Positions 48,008 through 58,365 of a stretch of 64,000 nucleotides of DNA are shown here, one piece after another. The stretch spans positions 124,001-188,000 of IMG/VR virus record IMGVR_UViG_3300028840_008160; one strand, 5' to 3'. The notes under the pieces were generated by a model. It searched no databases. It saw nothing but the letters and a program-made list of their open reading frames with translations, and was not told the origin of the DNA. A program made the translations under genes and the position numbers. The stretch's first letter is position 1. Every line of letters begins with the position of its first letter.

Positions 48008-48361
48008 ATGCAAAGTTTACACGGGTTAAGCCGAAACAAGTTATATGTTGATGATCCGCATGTGCAATCGCATGCAGCATTGTCTTTATTGGTGACCAAA
48101 TTAGGTGAAGAAAGTCATAAAGAATGGCTGACATTTCGAGTAAAATATTTAAGTCAATTCGAATCATTAGTTTGCCATTATTGTGGAAAAGAAGGATTGT
48201 TAATTGAAACTGATGATGAAGAGCATCTTGCTACCGTTGATCATGTAGTTCCATTGTCGAAAGGTGGAGCCGAATTTGATCCTGAAAATTTAGTTGTGGC
48301 TTGCCTTTCGTGCAATGGTAACAAGAAAGACAAGGATTATGATCGATATACGAACGATTAA
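48008..48361 (+). CDS. HNH endonuclease
   Basis: [26 protein letters not shown]. Confidence 0.85.
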   Translation: MQSLHGLSRNKLYVDDPHVQSHAALSLLVTKLGEESHKEWLTFRVKYLSQFESLVCHYCGKEGLLIETDDEEHLATVDHVVPLSKGGAEFDPENLVVACLSCNGNKKDKDYDRYTND

Positions 48362-49325
48362 AAACGGCTATTGGTGGGATTCTATTGGCAAATTTGATGC
48401 GTTAGTTAATAACGAATTGTCGTTAAGAGAATTAACTATGCAAATAACTGATAGATGCAACATGAATTGTATTAAATGTAATAAGCGAAATTTTACATTT
48501 GAAGATATGAAATCTGAAGATGTTGTTAGAATCATAAACGAATCATGTGATCTAGGGCTAAAGCATATTCATTTTACTGGAGGCGAGCCAACACTGCATG
48601 CTGATTTTGTTGATTTTGTCAAATTATGTAGAAGTAAAGATTTACGAATAGACATGTCTACGAATGGTATGTTTAATTATGAAATGGGTAAGTCATTAGT
48701 TGATGCAGGTATTAATTCAATAAATGTTTCATGGGATTACATAGACAAAGAACCTGAATGTATCAGCTTTATCGGTGACTTTCCAATTAAAGTGTTTTTG
48801 AATCATATGGTGATACCAGATAATTATGATAAGTTGTGTGATTTTTTACTTCATGTGTTTAATTTGAAGTTCATTGAAGATATTCAGTTAATGCCGCCAA
48901 GAGGAGATGCGCAAAAGTTCACAAAAGAACAAATTAATGATTTTTGTCAAGCAGTTGATAAATCACATGTCTTAAGTAGATCTATTGTATCAGGCAAACG
49001 TCGTTTTCCAATGGTTGCTTATAAGATTTGTGATCTTTTAACTGATAGTGAGGCAGATAAAGGTATTTATCATGAACGAATAAGTTGGCCATGTCATAGG
49101 TCAAAAGCTGAATTACGAGTCGGTTGCAAAGGATTTGTAACATGTACTTATTTATATCGTGATGGTCATATTACATGTGGTTTAGATCATTCGGTAAAAG
49201 ATGCATGGGAAAAGTGTATGATTGAATGTGAATCTATACCACCTGTAAAACATATGTGTGATTTTAGTTGCAGTCCTGAAGTATGTTATTTCAATTATTT
49301 TGTTGAGAATAGAATGCCCTCGTAG
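48339..49325 (+). CDS. Radical SAM protein
   Basis: CNMNCIKC, FTGGEP, STNG. Confidence 0.88.
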   Translation: MIDIRTIKNGYWWDSIGKFDALVNNELSLRELTMQITDRCNMNCIKCNKRNFTFEDMKSEDVVRIINESCDLGLKHIHFTGGEPTLHADFVDFVKLCRSKDLRIDMSTNGMFNYEMGKSLVDAGINSINVSWDYIDKEPECISFIGDFPIKVFLNHMVIPDNYDKLCDFLLHVFNLKFIEDIQLMPPRGDAQKFTKEQINDFCQAVDKSHVLSRSIVSGKRRFPMVAYKICDLLTDSEADKGIYHERISWPCHRSKAELRVGCKGFVTCTYLYRDGHITCGLDHSVKDAWEKCMIECESIPPVKHMCDFSCSPEVCYFNYFVENRMPS

Positions 49326-49392
49326 TTCAATTGGATAGAGCACTAGATTCCGAATCTAGAAGTTGGAGGTTCAAATCCTCTCGAGGGTGCCA
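49316..49392 (+). tRNA. tRNA-Arg(CCG)
   Basis: ctaga-ttCCGaa-tctag; CCA. Confidence 0.92.
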
Positions 49393-49467
49393 CGGGGTAT
49401 AGCTCAGTCTGGTTAGAGCGCTGCGTTCGGGACGCAGAGGTCGTCAGTTCAAATCTGACTACCCCGA
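49393..49467 (+). tRNA. tRNA-Pro(CGG)
   Basis: ctgcg-ttCGGga-cgcag. Confidence 0.93.
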
Positions 49468-49511
49468 TTATCTTCGATTTAATGCATGATTATCATTCAA
49501 AGAGGTTAAAT

Positions 49512-50903
49512 ATGTCAATGGAAAAACTCTACGAATCGCTTCACAGACGTTTACGTCCCGAAGATGTCGCAGAACTTATTTTAAAAGTTTTGCACCCTAA
49601 TCTGACACGTTCTGAACGTGATGAGCTTAATAAAATCGCTAAGCATTCATTAAAGCGCGGAATGTATTCGTTTACTTCAATGGCTCAAGATTTTCATTGT
49701 GCTATTGCACCTGATCGCCAAGTAAAGAAAGCAAAGGAGTTGTTTGAAACTGCATATAAAATTGATTGTACTGACCCTGAAGCAGTACTTGCGTTGATTC
49801 GTACTATTTCCAAAGAGATAGAGAAAACTGTCGGTAAAGGTGATTTCAAAGACGACAGAATGAATCGCGAAGCACGTAAATCACATGGACTTGACATTTC
49901 TCGTCGTCGGTATAACAAATTGTTCAGATTTCTTGGCAGATTTGAACAAAAAGTTGAGAAGTATGTGTTTGAAATGCGCAAAGAACGTGCTACACGCGTT
50001 TCAAAATCGGGTCTTGCGTTTAAAGTTTCCGAGAAAGATTTTATGAAGTCAAAAGAAGCAGCATGCTTTGTTGCTTATTTTACTGCAAGAAAGAATCGCA
50101 GAAGTGTATTTACTAATTCATCGCAAGATCGTGCATATGATAATTTGTCAAAACTTTTATTGAACAAATTTAAATCAAATCCTTGTCGAGCAGGTTGGCG
50201 AATTATAGCTAGAGTGATGCCTGATGCTGAAATTGTTGCAAAATTAACAAAGAAAGACAAGATGGAATTGTTTGCGACATGGATTGATGTTCTTAATGAC
50301 ATTGCTGATATGCTTAAGACTGTGTGGTTGGGTAGCCGGTTCAATCGAGAAACTATGGTTGTTTCTCGCGGTGATGATTCAAGCACATGGAATTCTTTGG
50401 CTGGCGCATGGAACACTGCACGTCAAGGATGGTTCAGTCTTGTTTATGCTCTTGGCATGGATAAGATGCTTGAAACTGTTTGTTTTGGTAAGGTTATGAG
50501 ATTGATGGCTGCTGATGTTGTTCGTTGGCATCAGTCAAGTGGTGGTCAACTTGAGCCTGATACTTTGGTATGGGCCACATTACCAGCTCCATGGGAAGTC
50601 TTTTCGGGCGAAAAAGAATGTTCAAAGCAAATAGTTGAAGGTGTTTGCAAAAAGAATAATGTTGATCCTGTTCGAAAGAATTGGATAATGCCAATTAAGT
50701 CAAGATCAGCTGTTGAATTTAAACCGACGCCTGAACTTGTTCATGGTGTAACAGTGTCGCATCCAGGGTTGGCTAATATTCTTAAGAAAGCTGGATGGTT
50801 TTCTGGAAAGCAAGCTGTTCCAGTTTCAGAAGCAGTTGTAGTTGATCATGATGAACATGGAGCAGTTGTAGGAGCAAACTTTGCAAATGCGTCGTCGATA
50901 TAG
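49512..50903 (+). CDS. Basic helical protein of unknown function
   Basis: SD AGAGG; promoter-like motif at 49472; stop codon lies inside the following tRNA-like gene. Confidence 0.75.
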   Translation: MSMEKLYESLHRRLRPEDVAELILKVLHPNLTRSERDELNKIAKHSLKRGMYSFTSMAQDFHCAIAPDRQVKKAKELFETAYKIDCTDPEAVLALIRTISKEIEKTVGKGDFKDDRMNREARKSHGLDISRRRYNKLFRFLGRFEQKVEKYVFEMRKERATRVSKSGLAFKVSEKDFMKSKEAACFVAYFTARKNRRSVFTNSSQDRAYDNLSKLLLNKFKSNPCRAGWRIIARVMPDAEIVAKLTKKDKMELFATWIDVLNDIADMLKTVWLGSRFNRETMVVSRGDDSSTWNSLAGAWNTARQGWFSLVYALGMDKMLETVCFGKVMRLMAADVVRWHQSSGGQLEPDTLVWATLPAPWEVFSGEKECSKQIVEGVCKKNNVDPVRKNWIMPIKSRSAVEFKPTPELVHGVTVSHPGLANILKKAGWFSGKQAVPVSEAVVVDHDEHGAVVGANFANASSI

Positions 50904-50966
50904 CTCAGTGGTAGAGCGCACGGCTCTTGGACCGTGTGGACGCTGGTTCGAGCCCAGCTGTCGACG
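50894..50966 (+). tRNA. tRNA-like RNA with 8-nt anticodon loop (CTCTTGGA)
   Basis: cacgg-ctcttgga-ccgtg; normal D and T arms. Confidence 0.6.
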
Positions 50967-50975
50967 CTATACTAT

Positions 50976-51047
50976 GACCTTGTAGCTCAGCGGTAGAGCT
51001 GTCGGCTCCTAACCGACTGGACGCTGGTTCGAGCCCAGTCAAGGTCA
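50976..51047 (+). tRNA. tRNA-like RNA, CCT anticodon, paralogous to 50894
   Basis: gtcgg-ctCCTaa-ccgac; same variable loop and T arm as neighbour. Confidence 0.65.
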
Positions 51048-51048
51048 C

Positions 51049-51082
51049 AAAATCGAGCAGTCAAAAACTGCTCGATTTTTTT
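51049..51082 (+). terminator. Intrinsic terminator
   Basis: AAAATCGAGCAGT-caaaa-ACTGCTCGATTTT then T-run. Confidence 0.85.
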
Positions 51083-51120
51083 ATGTAAAATTATCAATGT
51101 GATTAGTAAAAAAAAAGTAT

Positions 51121-51861
51121 ATGATAACGTTAAGAGATCATCACTTTAAAGGTATTCAAATTGATATTAATGTCGAATGCAATCTTATGTGTTATAATTG
51201 CAATAGATCTTGCAGACAAGCACCTAGTAATGAAATGATGACAATTGATCAGATCAAGAAGTTCATTGATGAAAGTATTCAAGCAAATTATTGTTGGCCA
51301 CAAATTGATATTCTCGGCGGTGAACCGACATTGCATCCAAAGTTTCTAGACATTGTTCAGTTATTTAACGATTATAGACAAGTACATAATCCAAATTGTG
51401 TTTTGAAAATTGTTACTAACGGTTACACGGATGAAACAAATAGATTGATTGATGAAGCAAATAAAATCACACACTTATGGGTTGAAAATACATTCAAGAA
51501 ATCTGTTGTACAATCATTTAATCCATTCAATGTCGCGCCAATAGATACTCTTAGTGACATAGATTATTCAGCTGATTGCTGGATTTTGCAGTTATGTGGC
51601 AAAGGCTTGTCATTCAGTGGATATTATTTGTGTGCTGTTGCAGCATCTATTGACAGAATTTTTGGGTTTGATATTGGTCTAAAACATTTGACTGACATTA
51701 ATCAAGATGCACTTAAGAAGCAGTTAATAAAATTATGCCCATTATGTGGGCATTGGCAAATTCCAAATGATAAGTACGTTAATGAAGAAATAATGTCAAA
51801 AACATGGGTGGAAGCATATGCACGATACAAGCAATGTCGACCGAGATTGTCTTTATATTGA
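51121..51861 (+). CDS. Radical SAM protein
   Basis: CNLMCYNC, GGEPTLHP, VTNG. Confidence 0.88.
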   Translation: MITLRDHHFKGIQIDINVECNLMCYNCNRSCRQAPSNEMMTIDQIKKFIDESIQANYCWPQIDILGGEPTLHPKFLDIVQLFNDYRQVHNPNCVLKIVTNGYTDETNRLIDEANKITHLWVENTFKKSVVQSFNPFNVAPIDTLSDIDYSADCWILQLCGKGLSFSGYYLCAVAASIDRIFGFDIGLKHLTDINQDALKKQLIKLCPLCGHWQIPNDKYVNEEIMSKTWVEAYARYKQCRPRLSLY

Positions 51862-52543
51862 AGGATTGATGGTTAGTTCTGGCTATGGTGACTATCTAAA
51901 AGTAACGTTGCCGTTGAACAAGTCATATTTTGATAACCTCGTGATAATAACTACAGTTGATGATTTCGAAACGCAATCAGTTTGCAAACAAAATGATATT
52001 AGATATTTGTTGTCCGATGAAATTCATAAGGATGGTGCAGGAATAAACCGAGGATTGACGTACAATAAAGCTGTAAAGAAGTTGAACAGATCTGGTTGGA
52101 TATTGTTTTTTGATGCTGATATTATTTTGCCTGTTAATTTTAGAACACTCTTACAACAGCAGCAATTAGATACTGAGTATTTGTACTACACTGGTCGTGT
52201 TGGTCCAGTTGATGACATCAAAAATCAAATAATAAGTTTTCTAGAAAATCGAGAGTTGATACATTCATGGGAGATGGGATCTGAATTTGCTAATCAAGGT
52301 CCATGGGGTTACTTTCAGTTATTCAACGTCAATGCGACAACATTAAGACATGATGAATGTTGGTACCCAGAAAACTTTCATGGTGTAGGTGAATCAGATA
52401 ATCAGTTTCAGTTGAAATGGGGTGACAAGAAACGCTTGTTACCACAACCTCAGTTTAGAGTAGCGCATTTGTATCACCAGTTGTCTTATGATGGTGAAGG
52501 CTTAAATTGGAATGGAAGAAGAACGCCAAAGCTTTGCTTATGA
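51818..52543 (+). CDS. GT-A fold glycosyltransferase-like protein
   Basis: WILFFDADI (DxD), GYFQLF, ESD, V.HL.H. Confidence 0.7.
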   Translation: MHDTSNVDRDCLYIEGLMVSSGYGDYLKVTLPLNKSYFDNLVIITTVDDFETQSVCKQNDIRYLLSDEIHKDGAGINRGLTYNKAVKKLNRSGWILFFDADIILPVNFRTLLQQQQLDTEYLYYTGRVGPVDDIKNQIISFLENRELIHSWEMGSEFANQGPWGYFQLFNVNATTLRHDECWYPENFHGVGESDNQFQLKWGDKKRLLPQPQFRVAHLYHQLSYDGEGLNWNGRRTPKLCL

Positions 52544-52559
52544 AGGTGACTAAACTACC

Positions 52560-53171
52560 ATGTATTTAATTGTTGATTTTGAAGCTACGTGTTGGAAGAA
52601 AGACACTCCTGAAGGGCGTCGTAAAACTAATCGTAATGAAAATGAAATCATTGAGATTGGTGCTGCGATTGTCAATGATAGTTTTCAGATGATATCATCT
52701 TTAGGTTTGTTTGTTAAGCCGATATTGAATCCTGTGTTGTCAGATTTTTGTAAACAACTTACTACAATAACGCAAGAAGATATTGATAATGCTGAACCAT
52801 TGTCAAAAGCATGGATTAAATTTGAAAATGATGTAAGACTTATCACAGATAAAATGTTATCAGAGTTCGTGTTTTGTTCGTGGGGTCATTATGATAGACG
52901 ACAACTAAAGCGTGATTTAGATAGACACGGATTACAGTTTCCATTTACATATCATGTTAGTCTGAAACACGATTTTTTAGATCGAACAGGAAAAAGGTTT
53001 GGCGTTGGTCAAGCTTTACAGTATTTTGGATTGCAATTTGAAGGGACACAGCATAGAGGTGTTGATGATGCAAAAAATATTGCAAGAATTTTTGCTATAG
53101 AATGGAAATCAACAGGTTTTATATTAAGAGATGATCATAAATGCGCGACACAAGATATGTTGAAAAGCTGA
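52560..53171 (+). CDS. DEDDh 3'-5' exonuclease (ERI-1/KapD-like)
   Basis: VDFEATC, EIIEIG, WG.YD, HRG.DDA. Confidence 0.9.
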   Translation: MYLIVDFEATCWKKDTPEGRRKTNRNENEIIEIGAAIVNDSFQMISSLGLFVKPILNPVLSDFCKQLTTITQEDIDNAEPLSKAWIKFENDVRLITDKMLSEFVFCSWGHYDRRQLKRDLDRHGLQFPFTYHVSLKHDFLDRTGKRFGVGQALQYFGLQFEGTQHRGVDDAKNIARIFAIEWKSTGFILRDDHKCATQDMLKS

Positions 53172-53232
53172 GACAATTAGATTGATTATCTGTTTATTTG
53201 GATTATTAACATATCTGGCTCTTTGAAAATTT

Positions 53233-53873
53233 GGGGGTGTACTGGTTATCGACGTGTGGTGTGAACTATGAGTTGCATGTCGAGGATAGTCGTTGGCCTC
53301 GTTAATCATCGGCTAAAACCATAACTGCCAAAGCTAATAACTTTGCGGTTGCTTTCGCTCGTCAGTTCGCTGACAATGTACGCTTCGGCGTCATGGCGGG
53401 AGCGCTCCAAGCTGCCTAATTAAAGGCAGCAAAGAAACAGGACGACGCCGCTGATTCTGTTTCTCAGCTAGCGGCTGGATTCTTAAGTGGGTTCGGCTTA
53501 AGAGTTAAGAAATACAGACCGATTCGTGGGGAATAGTTGGTCATCTACCTACCCGGCGTCTTATTAAAAGTTGACTAAACATGTAGTAACTTGTACGGAT
53601 TGTCACACGGACAGGGGTTCGATTAATTTGGTCGCTTTAGTTGGTAACAACTATTGAAAAGTGGGTGAATTCAAGGAACTCTAAATCAAGTAATTGACAT
53701 GACAACCTTGAGCCAAGTCGGTTGAAGAGCAAATGTAAACCGAAAGGTGCAGAGACTAAGAGGTGAGAAGCTCAATCAATAATCCTCTATTAGCGCCCAT
53801 CATCCAATACCATGGATGAAGAAATAGTCCACACCATCATGAAAATGATGGATTATGTGTCCCCTCACCTCCA
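53233..53873 (+). ncRNA. ssrA: tmRNA interrupted by group I intron
   Basis: GGGGGTG/CACCTCC-A acceptor with G3.U70; tag frame 53327-53419 ending ALQAA. Confidence 0.92.
53624..53859 (+). mobile_element. Group I intron in tmRNA T-loop (no ORF)
   Basis: GAATTCAAGGAA, ACCTTGAGCCAAG, GCAGAGACTA, AATAGTCC, terminal G; removal restores AGGGG-TTCGATT-CCCCT. Confidence 0.88.
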
Positions 53874-53990
53874 TTAATTGATAAGCCGTTATTGAGATCG
53901 AAACACTTAATAACGGCTTTCTTTTGTTGTTCAAATGTAGTGCATAAACACAATATTAAGAGTTCGAGACCGAACACTTCGAGAATTATT

Positions 53991-54914
53991 ATGGACATTA
54001 AAAAACTTCAAGAACAAATCAACAATGTTTACATTGGCGCTTTTGGATCAACGCCGTTACGCCAAAGATTAGAAGACATTCATGGCGAAGCAGATGAACT
54101 TTGTAGATTTACTGATTTACGTAATCTTCGAGAAGAAGCTGGTGATTTGTTAAGTTCATTAATACAGCTTTGTAATGAAGCTAATTGGGATGTTTCAGAA
54201 CTCATTAATGAAAATTTAGAAAAAATCAAAAAACGTTTGCAACAATATCATGGACTAGGTCGAAAGAAAACTATTGCTTTATTTGGTGGCGCATTCGATC
54301 CAATTACAATTGGTCATATAGAAGTTGCTAAACTAGTACTAGATACTAGTAAAACATTTGATGAAGTATGGTTCATGCCATGTTACCAGCATATGTATAA
54401 CAAAGAAATGGCAGCCGCTAAACATCGCTTGCAGATGTGTAATTTAGCGATAGAAGATGCTAGAATGAAAGTATTTGATTTCGAAATTAAACACAAGTTA
54501 GCGGGCGAAACATATCATACTGTAAAACAATTGCTAGGAACAGATTTTGCAAAGCACACATATGATTTCAGTATGATAATTGGAATGGATAACGCTAATA
54601 CATTTCACCAATGGGTTAATTTCGAAGATCTTGAAAGAATGCTTAGATTTGTTGTAGTTCCTCGAAAAGGAGAGACGAGGGATGAATCTGTAGATTGGTA
54701 TTTACATAGACCCCATATATACCTATCTCCTGATAATAGTATACCTCAGATATCTTCTAGTAAGATCAGAGAATGGTTACAGACATTCTATATCAACGCA
54801 TTACATGGTGGACGACAGGACGAATATCATCATGTCGTTGATTTACTAGAGAAGAATCTATCACTTAAAGTATTTGATTATATACGAAGTTGCGAACTAT
54901 ATGTCAAATCTTGA
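53991..54914 (+). CDS. MazG-like domain fused to NadD-type nucleotide adenylyltransferase
   Basis: EADEL...REEAGDLL; FGGAFDPITIGH, IIGMD, ISSSKIR. Confidence 0.82.
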   Translation: MDIKKLQEQINNVYIGAFGSTPLRQRLEDIHGEADELCRFTDLRNLREEAGDLLSSLIQLCNEANWDVSELINENLEKIKKRLQQYHGLGRKKTIALFGGAFDPITIGHIEVAKLVLDTSKTFDEVWFMPCYQHMYNKEMAAAKHRLQMCNLAIEDARMKVFDFEIKHKLAGETYHTVKQLLGTDFAKHTYDFSMIIGMDNANTFHQWVNFEDLERMLRFVVVPRKGETRDESVDWYLHRPHIYLSPDNSIPQISSSKIREWLQTFYINALHGGRQDEYHHVVDLLEKNLSLKVFDYIRSCELYVKS

Positions 54915-55269
54915 TTTACTAACTGGATTATTAAGACCATTGTTGGATGTTGGTATAGTGCTCGAGTTAGTTTGGCACGAAAAGTATGGTTATGGATTTA
55001 ATATAGAAGGTTTTTATAAGTCGGGAAAAGTAAGTATTTATTGCAACGATGTGCCAGATGAACATCAATACATTGTTTTTAGTAGATATGATCAAACTGA
55101 TTATATAGATAATTTTAAAGATCTAGTTATTATAAATTATGAATGGTGGTTGAAGTCGCATGATCGACATGATGGCTGGGCAAAGCCAGATTCAAAATGG
55201 ATACAATTTTTGATTAATGAGTCTCTTATTAAACAAATACAAGATATTAAGTATGAACCAGCAAGTTGA
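54901..55269 (+). CDS. Hypothetical protein
   Basis: ORF track. Confidence 0.55.
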   Translation: MSNLDLLTGLLRPLLDVGIVLELVWHEKYGYGFNIEGFYKSGKVSIYCNDVPDEHQYIVFSRYDQTDYIDNFKDLVIINYEWWLKSHDRHDGWAKPDSKWIQFLINESLIKQIQDIKYEPAS

Positions 55270-55274
55270 CAACA

Positions 55275-55708
55275 TGTCGCTTCTAGATTGAATGTTGAGT
55301 TTATTGCATGCTAAGAATGCTGTTCAATTGATTTGGGCAGCTTTTTTATTGTTGTCGCTTACTTCACGAGTAGATTACAAGTAGTGCATAATATTCGTTT
55401 TAAATAATCTAATAATAGGTTAATTAGGAATCTTTGTATGGTGCGTTCTAGCAAAATAAATTTAATTCAGATATACAGTGTCGCTTATACATGTTGTTAT
55501 TTATTAATAGTTATTTTAACAATTATGGCGTTAATTGGAATACATATGGCATTAAGTAATCTATTATCGTGGCGACATTGTAGTAAGATGAAAGTAATAA
55601 TGTACTAGAGTAATTTTTATATTTAATATAAGTACTAAACTAAATTTAAGATTAATTACGACACATTATGCTGATGGCGAACTAATTTATCAAGGTAATC
55701 AGTCGCTT
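55275..55708. repeat. AT-rich intergenic region with dispersed TGTCGCTT repeats (origin candidate)
   Basis: Copies at 55275, 55353, 55479; partial at 55702; inverted partial at 55571. Confidence 0.4.
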
Positions 55709-55779
55709 TGAGATCGTGCTATTTACATGTAAAAGTATATATACAAACAAACTTCAAGATGGAATGTGATTAAATAAAT

Positions 55780-56916
55780 ATGGATGAAAAGAAACACGAA
55801 AGATTTACAAAAGCTGAGTTAAAAAGGATTTATCAGATGGTTGACATTGATAAATTCTTTGATCATTATCGTGCAAGGATAGTTCATACAATAGGTAATG
55901 AAATCAGAATGTGTTGTATTTTACCGAATCATAAAGACAGCTCACCGTCAGCTAATTTCAACACTGAAAAAGCATTATATAACTGTTTTGTTTGTGGAGG
56001 CATGGGCTTTTTTAAGTTAGTTCAAGAATTAGAAGGATTTTCATCATTTGCTGAATCTGTTAATCATGTAAAAAAAATGGTAGGATATGATGAGAATCAA
56101 GAGTTGACTTACATAGATGTTTTACTTGAAGAATTAAAAGATATTCAAACTGAAGAAGATGATGATGAAGAGCCAGAATTTCTTGAAGTTAATTTATCAT
56201 TGCATACTGAGTTTGAAGATGCAATGAATCATTTTTCAATTGTAAAAAAACGTGTAAGTAAACGAATGATAGAATTATGGGACTTGAAGTATGCTGTTAG
56301 TGGATATTATCGAGAACGATTAGTTATTCCTATTAAATTAAAATCAAAGGTTATGTCGTTTGCAGCTAGAGATATGAGTGGTCGAGCTAACAAATGGTTA
56401 AGTACATTAGCTCAAGCTAAAAAAGACAAATTAACTGTCACTGAATTGGCAGAGTTACGAGAGAAATATGAATGTAAGAAGATATTATATCCACCAATTT
56501 TAGATAAATATGATGAAACTAAAAAGAACATCATATATGCTACAGCCATTAAATATTTGTTATTTAATTTAGATATGGCATTAGAGCGCACTAAAGATTA
56601 CGTAATTATTGTTGAAGGCGTATTTGATGCTATGAGGCTGTTTATATGGGGATACAATGCAGTAGCTTTACTTGGAACAAAGCTTAGTAAATATAATCGG
56701 TCTATGTTGTTAGCTAATTTTGATAGATTATATATAGCTTTAGATAATGACATCAAAGATAATGGCGATAATCCGGGTCAAGAAGCTGCAGCCAAAATTA
56801 TTGAAAGCATTCAAGGTGAGATAGAGGTGTTCAACATATTATTACCACCTGGAAAAGATCCCGATGATTGTACTAAAGATGAGTTTCAATTATGCTTTGA
56901 AATGTCGACTCAATAG
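55780..56916 (+). CDS. dnaG: DnaG-type primase
   Basis: C..H...C..C zinc finger, VEGVFDA, ALDND, KDPDD TOPRIM motifs. Confidence 0.88.
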   Translation: MDEKKHERFTKAELKRIYQMVDIDKFFDHYRARIVHTIGNEIRMCCILPNHKDSSPSANFNTEKALYNCFVCGGMGFFKLVQELEGFSSFAESVNHVKKMVGYDENQELTYIDVLLEELKDIQTEEDDDEEPEFLEVNLSLHTEFEDAMNHFSIVKKRVSKRMIELWDLKYAVSGYYRERLVIPIKLKSKVMSFAARDMSGRANKWLSTLAQAKKDKLTVTELAELREKYECKKILYPPILDKYDETKKNIIYATAIKYLLFNLDMALERTKDYVIIVEGVFDAMRLFIWGYNAVALLGTKLSKYNRSMLLANFDRLYIALDNDIKDNGDNPGQEAAAKIIESIQGEIEVFNILLPPGKDPDDCTKDEFQLCFEMSTQ

Positions 56917-57050
56917 TAGAAAAAAAAGTTAAATTGGTATGTACAAAATGGTTTGAGAAATATATATTAGGTTTATAATTTTCTGGGAGAGTTTATGTTT
57001 TCTACACCCACATACTATCATCAACCTACCATAATGGGGAGTTCAGGCAT

Positions 57051-57761
57051 ATGGATTATTTATCTGATGAACAACTGATAAACGATTATAGAATTCAACA
57101 AACAGCAGCTCAAAAGACGAGGGTCTTTAAGCTGCTTTTGTCGCGCAGAAGGCAAGAAAAAAGTTCTTGGCAAATGGTTATTCGCAAATATGTATCGTGG
57201 CGCTTGTCAAGATCGAAAAACAGTTTCGATGTATATGATAAAGATGATTTGTATCAAAGATGTTTGTGTTGTTTTTACAAAGCTGTGTCAGATAAGTTCG
57301 ATCTTGCAAGAGGTGTTAAATTTTCAACTTATATGTATACGGCTTTGGAGAAGACAGTCAATCGAGTAATAGTTGAACTTAGAAAGAAAAAAAGAACGAT
57401 AGAGATTGATGGGAGAAGAATTAGTCCTCAACGTTTTACAGATAGTTTGCAAAAACCTATTGGGGAAGATACTAAAACTACACTTAGCGACATTGTTGCT
57501 GAACCAAATAACGACATTACTGATGATGAACGAATGTTAGCAGAATTGATTATTAAGAAATGTCAACATTATTTGACACCGATGCAATTTGAAATATTTA
57601 TCAATGGTGATATTAGAGGTATTATATCTGGTAAAGAGTTGGCTATAAAATATGGCAAATCAGAGCCTACAATATCAGCAATTAAAAAACGAAAAATTAC
57701 TAAAGCTCTTCGACGAGTTCGGGCTGAGTTGGTTGAGGAGTTTAACTTAGTGACTTCGTAA
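57051..57761 (+). CDS. Sigma70-family RNA polymerase sigma factor
   Basis: DDLYQ...KAV..KFDLARGVKFSTY (region 2), SLQKPI, C-terminal HTH. Confidence 0.8.
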   Translation: MDYLSDEQLINDYRIQQTAAQKTRVFKLLLSRRRQEKSSWQMVIRKYVSWRLSRSKNSFDVYDKDDLYQRCLCCFYKAVSDKFDLARGVKFSTYMYTALEKTVNRVIVELRKKKRTIEIDGRRISPQRFTDSLQKPIGEDTKTTLSDIVAEPNNDITDDERMLAELIIKKCQHYLTPMQFEIFINGDIRGIISGKELAIKYGKSEPTISAIKKRKITKALRRVRAELVEEFNLVTS

Positions 57762-57802
57762 TTTTTGTAAATCGACAGAAGGCATTAAGATACAATGTCT
57801 AT

Positions 57803-58312
57803 ATGGACTATAAATGGTATGCATTATTTGTTATGCAGGGAAAAGAATTTTACGTTAAAGACAAGTTAGAACTTATTTGTACTGAACTTGATAACATTGA
57901 CCGCGTATTATTACCCACCATAAAAGAAATTTCTGAAGTTCGTCGCAAAAAAATAGTTCGAAACATTCCTGTTTATCCTAGTTATCTTTTTATTCATGCT
58001 TATCTTGGTCGCGGTTTACAAACAATTATTTCTGAAGTTAATTATGTTGTGCGACTTTTAGGTCGGACTAAACCATTTGCGATTCCAGATAAGGAAATGG
58101 ACATTGTTCAAGCAATTGCTTCGGATAACAAAATTCATAGTGCGTTTTCATATAAGATTGGTGATGTTGTTGAAATTTTAGGCGGTCATTGTAAAGGTTT
58201 ATCTGGTCGTGTAATTGATATTATTGATACAAATAATCTCAAATTAGAGATTCAAATATTCAATAGAGCAATTTATACGACTATAAAGTTAGAAGATGCA
58301 AAAGCAGGTTAA
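57803..58312 (+). CDS. nusG: NusG/RfaH-family transcription factor
   Basis: WYALFV..GKE, YPSYLF (NGN); GDVVEILGG..KG (KOW). Confidence 0.88.
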   Translation: MDYKWYALFVMQGKEFYVKDKLELICTELDNIDRVLLPTIKEISEVRRKKIVRNIPVYPSYLFIHAYLGRGLQTIISEVNYVVRLLGRTKPFAIPDKEMDIVQAIASDNKIHSAFSYKIGDVVEILGGHCKGLSGRVIDIIDTNNLKLEIQIFNRAIYTTIKLEDAKAG

Positions 58313-58365
58313 ATGGTAGAGTTGGTGTAAATCGTCAGGTTGACTTTTATTATAGGCGGTACGAA

